Assembly (NCBI RefSeq): GCF_009914755.1
Contig: NC_060931.1
DNA length: 64,000 nucleotides
From: the human T2T-CHM13v2.0 reference genome, Homo sapiens
Direction: 5' to 3' (one strand)
The notes under the pieces were generated by a model. The model was not told the DNA's origin, searched no databases, and saw only the letters and a list, made by a program, of their open reading frames with translations. Positions 1-12,883 of the stretch are shown in pieces. The first letter of the stretch is position 1; every line of letters starts with the position of its first letter. The position numbers and the translations under genes are program-made.

Positions 1-70
1 TTTTCATAGAGCAGTTTGGAAACACTCTGTTTGTAAAGTCTGCAAGTGGATATATGGACCGCATTGAGGC

Positions 71-87
71 CTTCGTTGGAAACGGGA
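71..87 (+). other. CENP-B box, canonical (representative of B- and C-dimer boxes, recurring every ~340 bp)
   Basis: CTTCGTTGGAAACGGGA matches YTTCGTTGGAARCGGGA; another copy lies at 753-769. Confidence 0.97.
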
Positions 88-284
88 TTTCTTCATTTCA
101 TGCTAGACAGAAGAATTCTCAGTAACTTCTTTGTGCTGTGTGTATTCAACTCACAGAGTGGAACGTCCCTTTGCACAGAGCAGATTTGAAACACTCTTTT
201 TGTGGAATTTGCAAGTGGAGATTTCAAGCGATTTGATGCCAACAGTAGAAAAGGAAATATCTTCAAATAAAAACTAGACAGAAT

Positions 285-1306
285 CATTCTCAGAAACTAC
301 TTTGTGATGTGTGCCTTCAACTCACAGAGTTTAACCTTTCTTTTCTTAGAGCAGTTTAGAAACACTCTGCTTGTTATGTCTGCAAGTGGATATTTGGACC
401 TCTTTGAGGCCTTCGTTGCAAACGGGGTTTCTTCCTTTAATGCTAGACTAAGAAGAGTTCTCAGTAACTTTTTTGTGTTGTGTGTATTCAACTCACAGAG
501 TTGAACCTTGCTTTAGAGAGAGCAGATTTCAAACACTCTTGCTGTGGCATTTTCAGGTGGAGATTTCAAGCGATTTGAGGACAATTGCAGAAAAGGAAAT
601 ATCTTCGTATAATAACCAGACAGAATCATTCTCAGAAAGTGCTTTGTGATGTGTGCGTTCAACTCACAGAGTTTAACCTTTCTTTTCATAGAGGAGTTTG
701 GAAACACACTGTTTGTAAAGTCTGCAATTGGATATATGGACCTGTTTGTGGCCTTCGTTGGAAACGGGATTTCTTCACTGAATGCTAGATGGAAGAATTC
801 TCAGTAAATTCTTTGTGTTGTGTGCATTCAACTCACAGAGTGGAAAGTCCCTTTAGACAGAGCACATTTGAAACACTCTTTTTGCGGAATTTGCAAGTGG
901 AGATTTCTAGCCATTTGATGCCAACAGTAGAAAGGGAAATATCTTCAAATAAAAACTAGACAGAATCATCCTCAGAAAATTCTTTGTGATGTGTGCGTTC
1001 AACTCACATAGTTTAACCTTTCTTTTCATAGAGCAGTTAGGAAACACTCTGTTGGTAATGTCTGCAAGTGGATATATGTACCGCGTTGGGGCCTTCGTTG
1101 GAAACGGGATTTCTTCATTTCATGCTAGACAGAAGAATTCTCAGTAACTTCTTTGTGTTGTGTGTATTCAACTCACAGATTGGAACGTGCCTTTACACAG
1201 AGCAGATTTGAAACACTCTTTTTGTGGAATTTGCAAGAGGAGATTTCAAGCGATTTGATGCCAACAGTAGAAAAGGAAAGATCTTCTAATAAAAACTAGA
1301 CAGAAT
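285..1306 (+). repeat. Representative canonical 6-mer HOR (A-B-C dimers, 1022 bp)
   Basis: A starts CATTCTCAGAAACTACTTTG, B starts CTCAGAAAGTGCTTTG and C starts CTCAGAAAATTCTTTG. The next A follows 1022 bp later. 29 of 46 A-to-A intervals are 1020-1023 bp. Confidence 0.95.
411..427 (+). other. CENP-B box, A-dimer variant with intact core
   Basis: CTTCGTTGCAAACGGGG keeps the essential NTTCGNNNNANNCGGGN positions. Confidence 0.9.
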
Positions 1307-2328
1307 CATTCTCAGAAACTACTTTGTGATGTGTGCCTTCAACTCACAGAGTTTAACCTTTCTTTTCTTAGAGCAGATTAGAAACACTCTGCTTGTTATG
1401 TCTGCAAGTGGATATTTGGACCTCTTTGAGGCCTTCGTTGCAAACGGGGTTTCTTCCTTGAATGCTAGACTAAGAAGAGTTCTCAGTAACTTTCTTGTGT
1501 TGTGTGTATTCAACTCACAGAGTTGAACCTTGCTTTAGAGAGAGCAGATTTGAAACACTCTTGCTGTGGCATTTTCAGGTGGAGATTTCAAGCGATTTGA
1601 GGACAATTGCAGAAAAGGAAATATCTTCGTATAATAACCAGACAGAATCATTCTCAGAAAGTGCTTTCTGATGTGTGCGTTCAACTCACAGAGTTTAACC
1701 TTTCTTTTCATAGAGGAGTTTGGAAACACACTGTTTGTAAAGTCTGCAAGTGGATATATGGACCTGTTTGAGGCCTTCTTTGGAAACGGGATTTTATCAT
1801 ATAATGCTAGACGGAAGAATTCTCAGTAAATTCTTTGTGTTGTGTGCATTCAACTCACAGAGTGGAACGTCCCTTTAGACAGAGCAGATTTGAAACACTC
1901 TTTTTGCGGAATTTGCAAGTGGAGATTTCTAGCCATTTGATGCCAACAGTAGAAAGGGAAATATCTTCAAATAAAAACTAGACAGAATCATCCTCAGAAA
2001 ATTCTTTGTGATGTGTGCGTTCAACTCACATAGTTTAACCTTTCTTTTCATAGAGCAGTTTGGAAACACTCTGTTTGTAAAGTCTGCAAGTGGATATATG
2101 GACCGCACTGAGGCCTTCGTTGGAAACGGGATTTCTTCATTTCATGCTAGACAGAAGAATTCTCAGTGACTTCTTTGTGCTGTGTGTATTCAACTCACAG
2201 AGTGGAACGTCCCTTTACACAGAGCAGATTTGAAACACTCTTTTTGTGGAATTTGCAAGTGGAGATTTCAAGCGATTTGATGCCAACAGTAGAAAAGGAA
2301 ATATCTTCAAATAAAAACTAGACAGAAT

Positions 2329-4030
2329 CATTCTCAGAAACTACTTTGTGATGTGTGCCTTCAACTCACAGAGTTTAACCTTTCTTTTCTTAGAGCAGTT
2401 TAGAAACACTCTGCTTGTTATGTCTGCAAGTGGATATTTGGACCTCTTTGAGGCCTTCGTTGCAAACGGGGTTTCTTCCTTTCATGCTAGACTAAGAAGA
2501 GTTCTCAGTAACTTTTTTGTGTTGTGTGTATTCAACTCACAGAGTTGAACCTTGCTTTAGAGAGAGCAGATTTGAAACACTCTTGCTGTGGCATTTTCAG
2601 GTGGAGATTTCAAGCGATTTGAGGACAATTGCAGAAAAGGAAATATCTTCGTATAATAACCAGACAGAATCATTCTCAGAAAGTGCTTTGTGATGTGTGC
2701 GTTCAACTCACAGAGTTTAACCTTTCTTTTCATAGAGGAGTTTGGAAACACACTGTTTGTAAAGTCTGCAATTGGATATATGGACCTGTTTGAGGACTTC
2801 GTTGGAAACGGGATTTCTTCATTGAATGCTAGACGGAAGAATTCTCAGTAAATTCTTTGTGTTGTGTGCATTCAACTCACAGAGTGGAACGTCCCTTTAG
2901 ACAGAGCACATTTGAAACACTCTTTTTGCGGAATTTGCAAGTGGAGATTTTTAGCCATTTGATGAAAACAGTAGAAAGGGAAATATCTTCAAATAAAAAC
3001 TAGACAGAATCATCCTCAGAAAATTCTTTGTGATGTGTGCGTTCAACTCACATAGTTTAACCTTTCTTTTCATAGAGCAGTTAGGAAACACTCTGTTGGT
3101 AATGTCTGCAAGTCGATATATGGACCGCTTTGGGGCCTTCGTTGGAAACGGGATTTCTTCATTTCATGCTAGACAGAAGAATTCTCAGTAACTTCTTTGT
3201 GTTGTGTGTATTCAACTCACAGAGTGGAACGTCCCTTTACACAGAGCAGATTTGAAACACTCTTTTTGTGGAATTTGCAAGTGGAGATTTCAAGCGATTT
3301 GATGCCAACAGTAGAAAAGGAAATATCTGCAAATAAAAACTAGACAGAATCATTCTCAGAAAGTGCTTTGTGATGTGTGCGTTCAACTCACAGAGTTTAA
3401 CCTTTCTTTTCATAGAGGCGTTTGGAAACACACTGTTTGTAAAGTCTGCAATTGGATATATGGACCTCTTTGAGGCTTTCGTTGGAAACGGGATTTCTTC
3501 ATTGAATGCTAGACGGAAGAATTCTCAGTAAATTCTTTGTGTTGTGTGCATTCAACTCACAGAGTGGAACGTCCCTTTAGACAGAGCAGATTTGAAACAC
3601 TCTTTTTGCGGAATTTGCAAGTGGAGATTTCTAGCCATTTGATGCCAACAGTAGAAAGGGAAATATCTTCAAATAAAAACCAGACAGAATCATTCTCAGA
3701 AAATTCTTTGTGATGTGTGCGTTCAACTCACATAGTTTAACCTTTCTTTTCATAGAGCCGTTTGGAAACACTCTGTTTGTAAAGTCTGCAAGTGGATATA
3801 TGGACCGCATTGAGGCCTTCGTTGGAAACGGGATTTCTTCATTTCATGCTAGACAGAAGAATTCTGAGTAACTTCTTTGTGCTGTGTGTATTCAACTCAC
3901 AGAGTGGAACGTCCCTTTACACAGAGCAGATTTGAAACACTCTTTTTGTGGAAATTGCAAGTGGAGATTTCAAGCGATTTGATGCCAACAGTAGAAAAGG
4001 AAATATCTTCAAATAAAAACTAGACAGAAT
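2329..4030 (+). repeat. 10-mer HOR structural variant (A-B-C-B-C)
   Basis: A-to-A distance 1702 bp = 1022 + 680. Confidence 0.9.
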
Positions 4031-5052
4031 CATTCTCAGAAACTACTTTGTGATGTGTGTCTTCAACTCACAGAGTTTAATTTTTCTTTTCTTATAGCAG
4101 TTTAGAAACACTCTGCTTGTTATGTCTGCAAGTGGATATTTGGACCTCTTTGAGGCCTTTGTTGCAAACGGGGTTTCTTCCTTTAATGCTAGACTAAGAA
4201 GTGTTCTCAGTAACTTTTTTGTGTTGTGTGTATTCAACCCACAGAGTTGAACCTTGCTTTAGAGAGAGCAGATTTGAAACACTCTTGCTGTGGCATTTTC
4301 AGGTGGAGATTTCAAGCGATTTGAGGACAATTGCAGAAAAGGAAATATCTTCGTATAATAACCAGACAGAATCATTCTCAGAAAGTGCTTTGTGATGTGT
4401 GCGTTCAACTCACAGAGTTTAACCTTTTTTTTCATAGAGGAGTTTGGAAACACACTGTTTGTAAAGTCTGCAATTGGATATATGGACCTGTTTGAGGCCT
4501 TCTTTGGAAACGTGATTTTATCATATAATGCTAGACGGAAGAATTCTCAGTAAATTCTTTGTGTTGTGTGCCTTCAACTCACAGAGTGGAACGTCCCTTT
4601 AGACAGAGCAGATTTGAAACACTCTTTTTGCGGAATTTGCAAGTGGAGATTTCTAGCCATTTGATGCCAACAGTAGAAAGGGAAATATCTTCAAATAAAA
4701 ACTAGACAGAATCATCCTCAGAAAATTCTTTGTGATGTGTGCGTTCAACTCACATACTTTAACCTTTCTTTTCATAGAGCAGTTTGGAAACACTCTGTTG
4801 GTAATGTCTGCAAGTGGATATATGGACCGCTTTGAGGCCTTCGTTGGAAACGTGATTTCTTCATTTCATGCTAGACAGAAGAATTCTCAGTAACTTCTTT
4901 GTGTTGTGAGTATTCAACTCACAGATTGGAACGACCCTTTACACAGGGCAGATTTGAAACACTCTTTTTGTGTAATTTGCAAGTGGAGATTTCAAGCGAT
5001 TTGAGGCCAACAGTAGAAAAGGAAATATCTTCAAATAAAAACTAGACAGAAT

Positions 5053-6414
5053 CATTCTCAGAAACTACTTTGTGATGTGTGCCTTCAACTCACAGAGTTT
5101 AACCTTTCTTTTCTTAGAGCAGTTTAGAAACTCTCTGCTTGTTATGTCTGCAAGTGGATATTTGGACCTCTTTGAGGTCTTCGTTGCAAACGGGGTTTCT
5201 TCCTTTAATGCTAGAATAAGAAGAGTTCTCAGTAACTTTTTTGTGTTGTGTGTATTCAACTCACAGAGTTGAACCTTGCTTTAGAGAGAGCAGATTTGAA
5301 ACACTCTTGCTGTAGCATTTTCAGGTGGAGATTTCAAGCGATTTGAGGACAATTGCAGAAAAGGGAATATCTTCGTATAATAACCAGACAGAATCATTCT
5401 CAGAAAGTGCTTTGTGATGTGTGCGTTCAACTCACATAGTTTAACCTTTCTTTTCATAGAGGAGTTTGGAAACACTCTGTTGGTAATGTCTGCAAGTCGA
5501 TATATGGACCGCTTTGGGGCCTTCGTTGGAAACGGGATTTCTTCATTTCATGCTAGACAGAAGAATTCTCAGTAACTTCTTTGTGTTGTGTGTATTCAAC
5601 TCACAGAGTGGAACGTCCCTTTACACAGAGCAGATTTGAAACACTCTTTTTGTGGAATTTGCAAGTGGAGATTTCAAGCGATTTAATGCCAACAGTAGAA
5701 AAGGAAATATCTGCAAATAAAAACTAGACAGAATCATTCTCAGAAAGTGCTTTGTGATGTCTGCGTTCAAATCACAGAGTTTAACCTTTCTTTTCATAGA
5801 GGAGTTTGGAAACACACTGTTTGTAAAGTCTGCAATTGGATATATGGACCTCTTTGAGGCCTTCGTTGGAAACGGGATTTCTTCATTGAATGCTAGACGG
5901 AAGAATTCTCAGTAAATTCTTTGTGTTGTGTGCATTCAACTCACAGAGTGGAACGTCCCTTTAGACAGAGCAGATTTGAAACACTCTTTTTGCGGAATTT
6001 GCAAGTGGAGATTTCTAGCCATTTGATGCCAACAGTAGAAAGGGAAATATCTTCAAATAAAAACCAGACAGAATCATTCTCAGAAAATTCTTTGTGATGT
6101 GTGCGTTCAACTCACATAGTTTAACCTTTCTTTTCATAGAGCCGTTTGGAAACACTCTGTTGGTAATGTCTGCAAGTGGATATATGGACCGCATTGAGGT
6201 CTTCGTTGGAAACGGGATTTCTTCATTTCATGCTAGACAGAAGAATTCTCAGTAACTTCTTTGTGCTGTGTGTATTCAAGTCACAGAGTGGAACGTCCCT
6301 TCACACAGAGCAGATTTGAAACACTCTTTTTGTGGAAATTGCAAGTGGAGATTTCAAGCGATTTGATGCCAACAGTAGAAAAGGAAATATCTTCAAATAA
6401 AAACTAGACAGAAT
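5053..6414 (+). repeat. 8-mer HOR variant (A-[B/C hybrid]-B-C)
   Basis: A-to-A distance 1362 bp; a B-type start switches to C-type sequence at ~5435-5480. Confidence 0.88.
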
Positions 6415-7437
6415 CATTCTCAGAAACTACTTTGTGATGTGTGCCTTCAACTCACAGAGTTTAACTTTTCTTTTCTTAGAGCAGTTTAGAAACACTCTGC
6501 TTGTTATGTCTGCAAGTGGATATTTGGACCTCTTTGAGGCCTTTGTTGCAAACGGGGTTTCTTCCTTTAATGCTAGACTAAGAAGTGTTCTCAGTAACTT
6601 TTTTGTGTTGTGTGTATTCAACTCACAGAGTTGAACCTTGCTTTAGAGAGAGCAGATTTGAAACACTCTTGCTGTGGCATTTTCAGGTGGAGATTTCAAG
6701 CGATTTGAGGACAATTGCAGAAAAGGAAATATCTTCGTATAATAACCAGACAGAATCATTCTCAGAAAGTGCTTTGTGATGTGTGCGTTCAACTCACAGA
6801 GTTTAACCTTTTTTTTCATAGAGGAGTTTGGAAACACACTGTTTGTAAAGTCTGCAATTGGATATATGGACCTGTTTGAGGCCTTCGTTGGAAACGTGAT
6901 TTTATCATATAATGCTAGACGGAAGAATTCTCAGTAAATTCTTTGTGTTGTGTGCCTTCAACTCACAGAGTGGAACGTCCCTTTAGACAGAGCAGATTTG
7001 AAACACTCTTTTTGCGGAATTTGCAAGTGGAGATTTCTAGCCATTTGATGCCAACAGTAGAAAGGGAAATATCTTCAAATAAAAACCAGACAGAATCATT
7101 CTCAGAAAATTCTTTGTGATGTGTGCGTTCAACTCAAAAAGTTTAAACCTTTCTTTTCAAAGAGCAGTTTGGAAACACTCTGTTTGTAAAGTCTGCAAGT
7201 GGATATATGGACCGCATTGAGGCCTTCATTGGAAACGGGATTTCTTCATTTAATGCTAGACAGAAGAATTCTCAGTAACTTCTTTGTGCTGTGTGTTTTC
7301 AACTCACAGAGTGGAACGTCCCTTTACACAGAGCAGATTTGAAACACTCTTTTTGTGGAATTTGCAAGTGGAGATTTCAAGCGATTTGATGCCAACAGTA
7401 GAAAAGGAAATATCTTCAAATAAAAACTAGACAGAAT

Positions 7438-9819
7438 CATTCTCAGAAACTACTTTGTGATGTGTGCCTTCAACTCACAGAGTTTAACCTTTCTTTTCTT
7501 AGAGCAGTTTAGAAACACTCTGCTTGTTATGTCTGCAAGTGGATATTTGGACCTCTTTGAGGCCTTCGTTGCAAACGGGGTTTCTTCCTTTCATGCTAGA
7601 CTAAGAAGAGTTCTCAGTAACTTTCTTGTGTTGTGTGTATTCAACTCACAGAGTTGAACCTTGCTTTAGAGAGAGCAGATTTGAAACACTCTTGCTGTGG
7701 CATTTTCAGGTGGAGATTTCAAGCGATTTGAGGACAATTGCAGAAAAGGAAATATCTTCGTATAATAACCAGACAGAATCATTCTCAGAAAGTGCTTTGT
7801 GATGTGTGCGTTCAACTCACAGAGTTTAACCTTTCTTTTCATAGAGGAGTTTGGAAACACTCTGTTTGTAAAGTCTGCAATTGGATATATGGACCTGTTT
7901 GAGGCCTTCGTTGGAAACGGGATTTCTTCATTGAATGCTAGACGGAAGAATTCTCAGTAAATTCTTTGTGTTGTGTGCATTCAACTCACAGAGTGGAACG
8001 TCCCTTTAGAGAGAGCAGATTTGAAACACTCTTTTTGCGGAATTTGCAAGTGGAGATTTCTAGCCATTTGATGCCAACAGTAGAAAGGGAAATATCTTCA
8101 AATAAAAACCAGACAGAATCATTCTCAGAAAATTCATTGTGATGTGTGCGTTCAACTCACATAGTTTAACCTTTCTTTTCATAGAGCAGTTTGGAAACAC
8201 TCTGTTTGTAAAGTCTGCAAGTGGATATATGGACCGCATTGAGGCCTTCGTTGGAAACGGGATTTCTTCATTTCATGCTAGACAGAATAATTCTCAGTAA
8301 CTTCTTTGTGTTGTGTGTATTCAACTCACAGATTGGAACGTCCCTTTACACAGAGCAGATTTGAAACACTCTTTTTGTGGAATTTGCAAGTGGACATTTC
8401 AAGCGATTTGATGCCAACAGTAGAAAAGGAAATATCTGCAAATAAAAACTAGACAGAATCATTCTCAGAAAGTGCTTTGTGATGTGTGCGTTCAAATCAA
8501 AGAGTTTAACCTTTCTTTTCATAGAGGAGTTTGGAAACACACTGTTTGTAAAGTCTGCAAGTGGATATATGGACCTGTTTGAGGCCTTCGTTGGAAACGG
8601 GATTTTATCATATAATGCTAGATGGAAGAATTCTCAGTAAATTCTTTGTGTTGTGTGCATTCAACTCACAGAGTGGAACGTCCCGTTAGACAGAGCAGAT
8701 TTGAAACACTCTTTTTGCGGAATTTGCAAGTGGAGATTTCTAGCCATTTAATGCCAACAGTAGAAAGGGAAATATCTTCAAATAAAAACTAGACAGAATC
8801 ATCCTCAGAAAATTCTTTGTGATGTGTGCGTTCAACTCACATAGTTTAACCTTTCTTTTCATAGAGCAGTTTGGAAACACTCTGTTGGTAATGTCTGCAA
8901 GTGGATATATGGACCGCTTTGAGGCCTTCGTTGGAAACGGGATTTCTTCATTTCATGCTAGACAGAAGAATTCTCAGTAACTTCTTTGTGTTGTGTGTAT
9001 TCAACTCACAGATTGGAACGTCTCTTTACACAGAGCAGATTTGAAACACTCTTTTTGAGGAATTTGCAAGTGGAGATTTCAAGCGATTTGATGCCAACAG
9101 TAGAAAAGGAAATATCTGCAAATAAAAACTAGACAGAATCATTCTCAGAAAGTGCTTTGTGATGTGTGCATTCAACGCACAGAGTTTAACCTTTCTTTTC
9201 ATAGAGGAGTTTGGAAACACACTGTTTGTAAAGTCTGCAATTGGATATATGGACCTGATTGAGGCCTTCGTTGGAAACGGGATTTCTTCATTGAATGCTA
9301 GACGGAAGAATTCTCAGTAAATTCTTTGTGTTGTGTGCATTCAACTCACAGAGTGGAACGTCCCTTTAGAGAGAGCAGATTTGAAACACTCTTTTTGCGG
9401 AATTTGCAAGTGGAGATTTCTAGCCATTTGATGCCAACATTAGAAAGGGAAATATCTTCAAATAAAAACCAGACAGAATCATTCTCAGAAAATTCTTTGT
9501 GATGTGTGCGTTCAACTCACATAGTTTAACCTTTCTTTTCATAGAGCAGTTTGGAAACACTCTGTTTGTAAAGTCTGCAAGTGGATATATGGACCGCATT
9601 GAGGCCTTCGTTGGAAACGGGATTTCTTCATTTCATGCTAGACAGAAGAATTCTCAGTAACTTCTTTGTGCTGTGTGTATTCAACTCACAGAGTGGAACG
9701 TCCCTTTGCACAGAGCAGATTTGAAACACTCTTTTTGTGGAATTTGCAAGTGGAGATTTCAAGCGATTTGATGCCAACAGTAGAAAAGGAAATATCTTCA
9801 AATAAAAACTAGACAGAAT
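7438..9819 (+). repeat. 14-mer HOR variant (A-(BC)x3)
   Basis: A-to-A distance 2382 bp. Confidence 0.9.
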
Positions 9820-10841
9820 CATTCTCAGAAACTACTTTGTGATGTGTGCCTTCAACTCACAGAGTTTAACCTTTCTTTTCTTAGAGCAGTTTAGAAACAC
9901 TCTGCTTGTTATGTCTGCAAGTGGATATTTGGACCTCTTTGAGGCCTTCGTTGCAAACGGGGTTTCTTCCTTTAATGCTAGACTAAGAAGAGTTCTCAGT
10001 AACTTTTTTGTGTTGTGTGTATTCAACTCACAGAGTTGAACCTTGCTTTAGAGAGAGCAGATTTGAAACACTCTTGCTGTGGCATTTTCAGGTGGAGATT
10101 TCAAGCGATTTGAGGACAATTGCAGAAAAGGAAATATCTTCGTATAATAACCAGACAGAATCATTCTCAGAAAGTGCTTTGTGATGTGTGCGTTCAACTC
10201 ACAGAGTTTAACCTTTCTTTTCATAGAGGAGTTTGGAAACACACTGTTTGTAAAGTCTGCAATTGGATATATGGACCTGTTTGTGGCCTTCGTTGGAAAC
10301 GGGATTTCTTCACTGAATGCTAGACGGAAGAATTCTCAGTAAATTCTTTGTGTTGTGTGCATTCAACTCACAGAGTGGAACGTCCCTTTAGACAGAGCAG
10401 ATTTGAAACACTCTTTTTGCGGAATTTGCAAGTGGAGATTTTTACCCATTTGATGAAAACTGTAGAAAGGGAAATATCTTCAAATAAAAACTAGACAGAA
10501 TCATCCTCAGAAAATTCTTTGTGATGTGTGCGTTCAACTCACATACTTTAACCTCTCTTTTCATAGAGCAGTTTGGAAACACTCTGTTGGTAATGTCTGC
10601 AAGTGGATATATGGACCGCTTTGAGGCCTTCGTTGGAAACGGGATTTCTTCATTTCATGCTAGACAGAAGAATTCTCAGTAACTTCTTTGTGTTGTGAGT
10701 ATTCAAATCACAGATTGGAACGACCCTTTACACAGAGCAGATTTGAAACACTATTTTTGTGTAATTTGCAAGTGGAGATTTCAAGCGATTTGATGCCAAC
10801 AGTAGAAAAGGAAATATCTTCAAATAAAAACTAGACAGAAT

Positions 10842-12883
10842 CATTATCAGAAACTACTTTGTGATGTGTGCCTTCAACTCACAGAGTTTAACCTTTCTTT
10901 TCTTAGAGCAGTTTAGAAACACTCTGCTTGTTATGTCTGCAAGTGGATATTTGGACCTCTTTGAGGTCTTCGTTGCAAACGGGGTTTCTTCCTTTAATGC
11001 TAGACTAAGAAGAGTTCTCAGTAACTTTTTTGTGTTGTGTGTATTCAACTCACAGAGTTGAACCTTGCTTTAGAGAGAGCAGATTTGAAACACTCTTGCT
11101 GTAGCATTTTCAGGTGGAGATTTCAAGCGATTTGAGGACAATTGCAGAAAAGGAAATATCTTCGTATAATAACCAGACAGAATCATTCTCAGAAAGTGCT
11201 TTGTGATGTGTGCGTTCAACTCACAGAGTTTAACCTTTCTTTTCTTAGAGGAGTTTGGAAACACACTGTTTGTAAAGTCTGCAAGTGGATATATGGACCT
11301 GTTTGAGGCCTTCGTTGGAAACGGGATTTTATCATATAATGCTAGACGGAAGAATTCTCAGTAAATTCTTTGTGTTGTGTGCATTCAACTCACAGAGTGG
11401 AACGTCCCTTTAGACAGAGCAGATTTGAAACACTCTTTTTGCGGAATTTGCAAGTGGAGATTTCTAGCCATTTGATGCCAACAGTAGAAAAGGAAATATC
11501 TGCAAATAAAAACTAGACAGAATCATTCTCAGAAAGTGCTTTGTGATGTGTGCGTTCAAATCACAGAGTTTAACCTTTCTTTTCATAGAGGAGTTTGGAA
11601 ACACACTGTTTGTAAGGTCTGCAAGTGGATATATGGACCTGTTTGAGGCCTTCGTTGGAAACGGGATTTTATCATATAATGCTAGACGGAAGAATTCTCA
11701 GTAAATTCTTTGTGTTGTGTGCATTCAACTCACAGAGTGGAACGTCCCTTTAGACAGAGCAGATTTGAAACACTCTTTTTGCGGAATTTGCAAGTGGAGA
11801 TTTCTAGCCATTTGATGCCAACAGTAGAAAGGGAAATATCTACAAATAAAAACTAGACAGAATCATCCTCAGAAAATTCTTTGTGATGTGTGCGTTCAAC
11901 TCACATAGTTTAACCTTTCTTTTCATAGAGCAGTTTGGAAACACTCTGTTGGTAATGTCTGCAAGTGGATATATGGACCGCTTTGAGGCCTTCGTTGGAA
12001 ACGGGATTTCTTCATTTCATGCTAGACAGAATAATTCTCAGTAACTTCTTTGTGTTGTGTGTATTCAACTCACAGATTGGAACGTCCCTTTACACAGAGC
12101 AGATTTGAAACACTCTTTTTGTGGAATTTGCAAGTGGAGATTTCAAGCGATTTGATGCCAACAGTAGAAAAGGAAATATCTGCAAATAAAAACTAGACAG
12201 AATCATTCTCAGAAAGTGCTTTGTGATGTGTGCGTTCAAATCAAAGAGTTTAACCTTTCTTTTCATAGAGGAGTTTGGAAACACACTGTTTGTAAAGTCT
12301 GCAAGTGGATATATGGACCTGTTTGAGGCCTTCGTTGGAAACGGGATTTCTTCATTGAATGCTAGACGGAAGAATTCTCAGTAAATTCTTTGTGTTGTGT
12401 GCATTCAACTCACAGAGTGGAACGTCCCTTTAGACAGAGCAGATTTGAAACACTCTTTTTGCGGAATTTGCAAGTGGAGATTTCTAGCCATTTGATGCCA
12501 ACAGTAGAAAGGGAAATATCTTCAAATAAAAACCAGACAGAATCATTCTCAGAAAATTCTTTGTGATGTGTGCGTTCAACTCACATAGTTTAACCTTTCT
12601 TTTCATAGAGCAGTTTGGAAACACTCTGTTTGTAAAGTCTGCAAGTGGATATATGGACCGCATTGAGGCCTTCGTTGGAAACGGGATTTCTTCATTTCAT
12701 GCTAGACAGAAGAATTCTCAGTAACTTCTTTGTGCTGTGTGTATTCAACTCACAGAGTGGAACGTCCCTTTGCACAGAGCAGATTTGAAACACTCTTTTT
12801 GTGGAATTTGCAAGTGGAGATTTCAAGCGATTTGATGCCAACAGTAGAAAAGGAAATATCTTCAAATAAAAACTAGACAGAAT
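10842..12883 (+). repeat. 12-mer HOR variant (A-B-B-C-B-C)
   Basis: A-to-A distance 2042 bp; B is followed directly by B through a junction at ~11470-11490. Confidence 0.88.

Noticed and set aside
740-790. TGTGGCC / CTTCACTG / TAGATGG variant set shared with ~10280, ~17430, ~22880, ~25600, ~37850, ~42280 and ~46700 as one discrete duplication
   Set aside because: It is dispersed in varying combinations and contexts, so it looks like an older common B1 sub-haplotype rather than a definable duplication.
1790-1810. TATAAT / TATA-like motifs in B2 (CATATAATG) and A (CGTATAATAA) dimers as promoters
   Set aside because: These are short AT-rich matches in satellite DNA with no downstream gene or other support.
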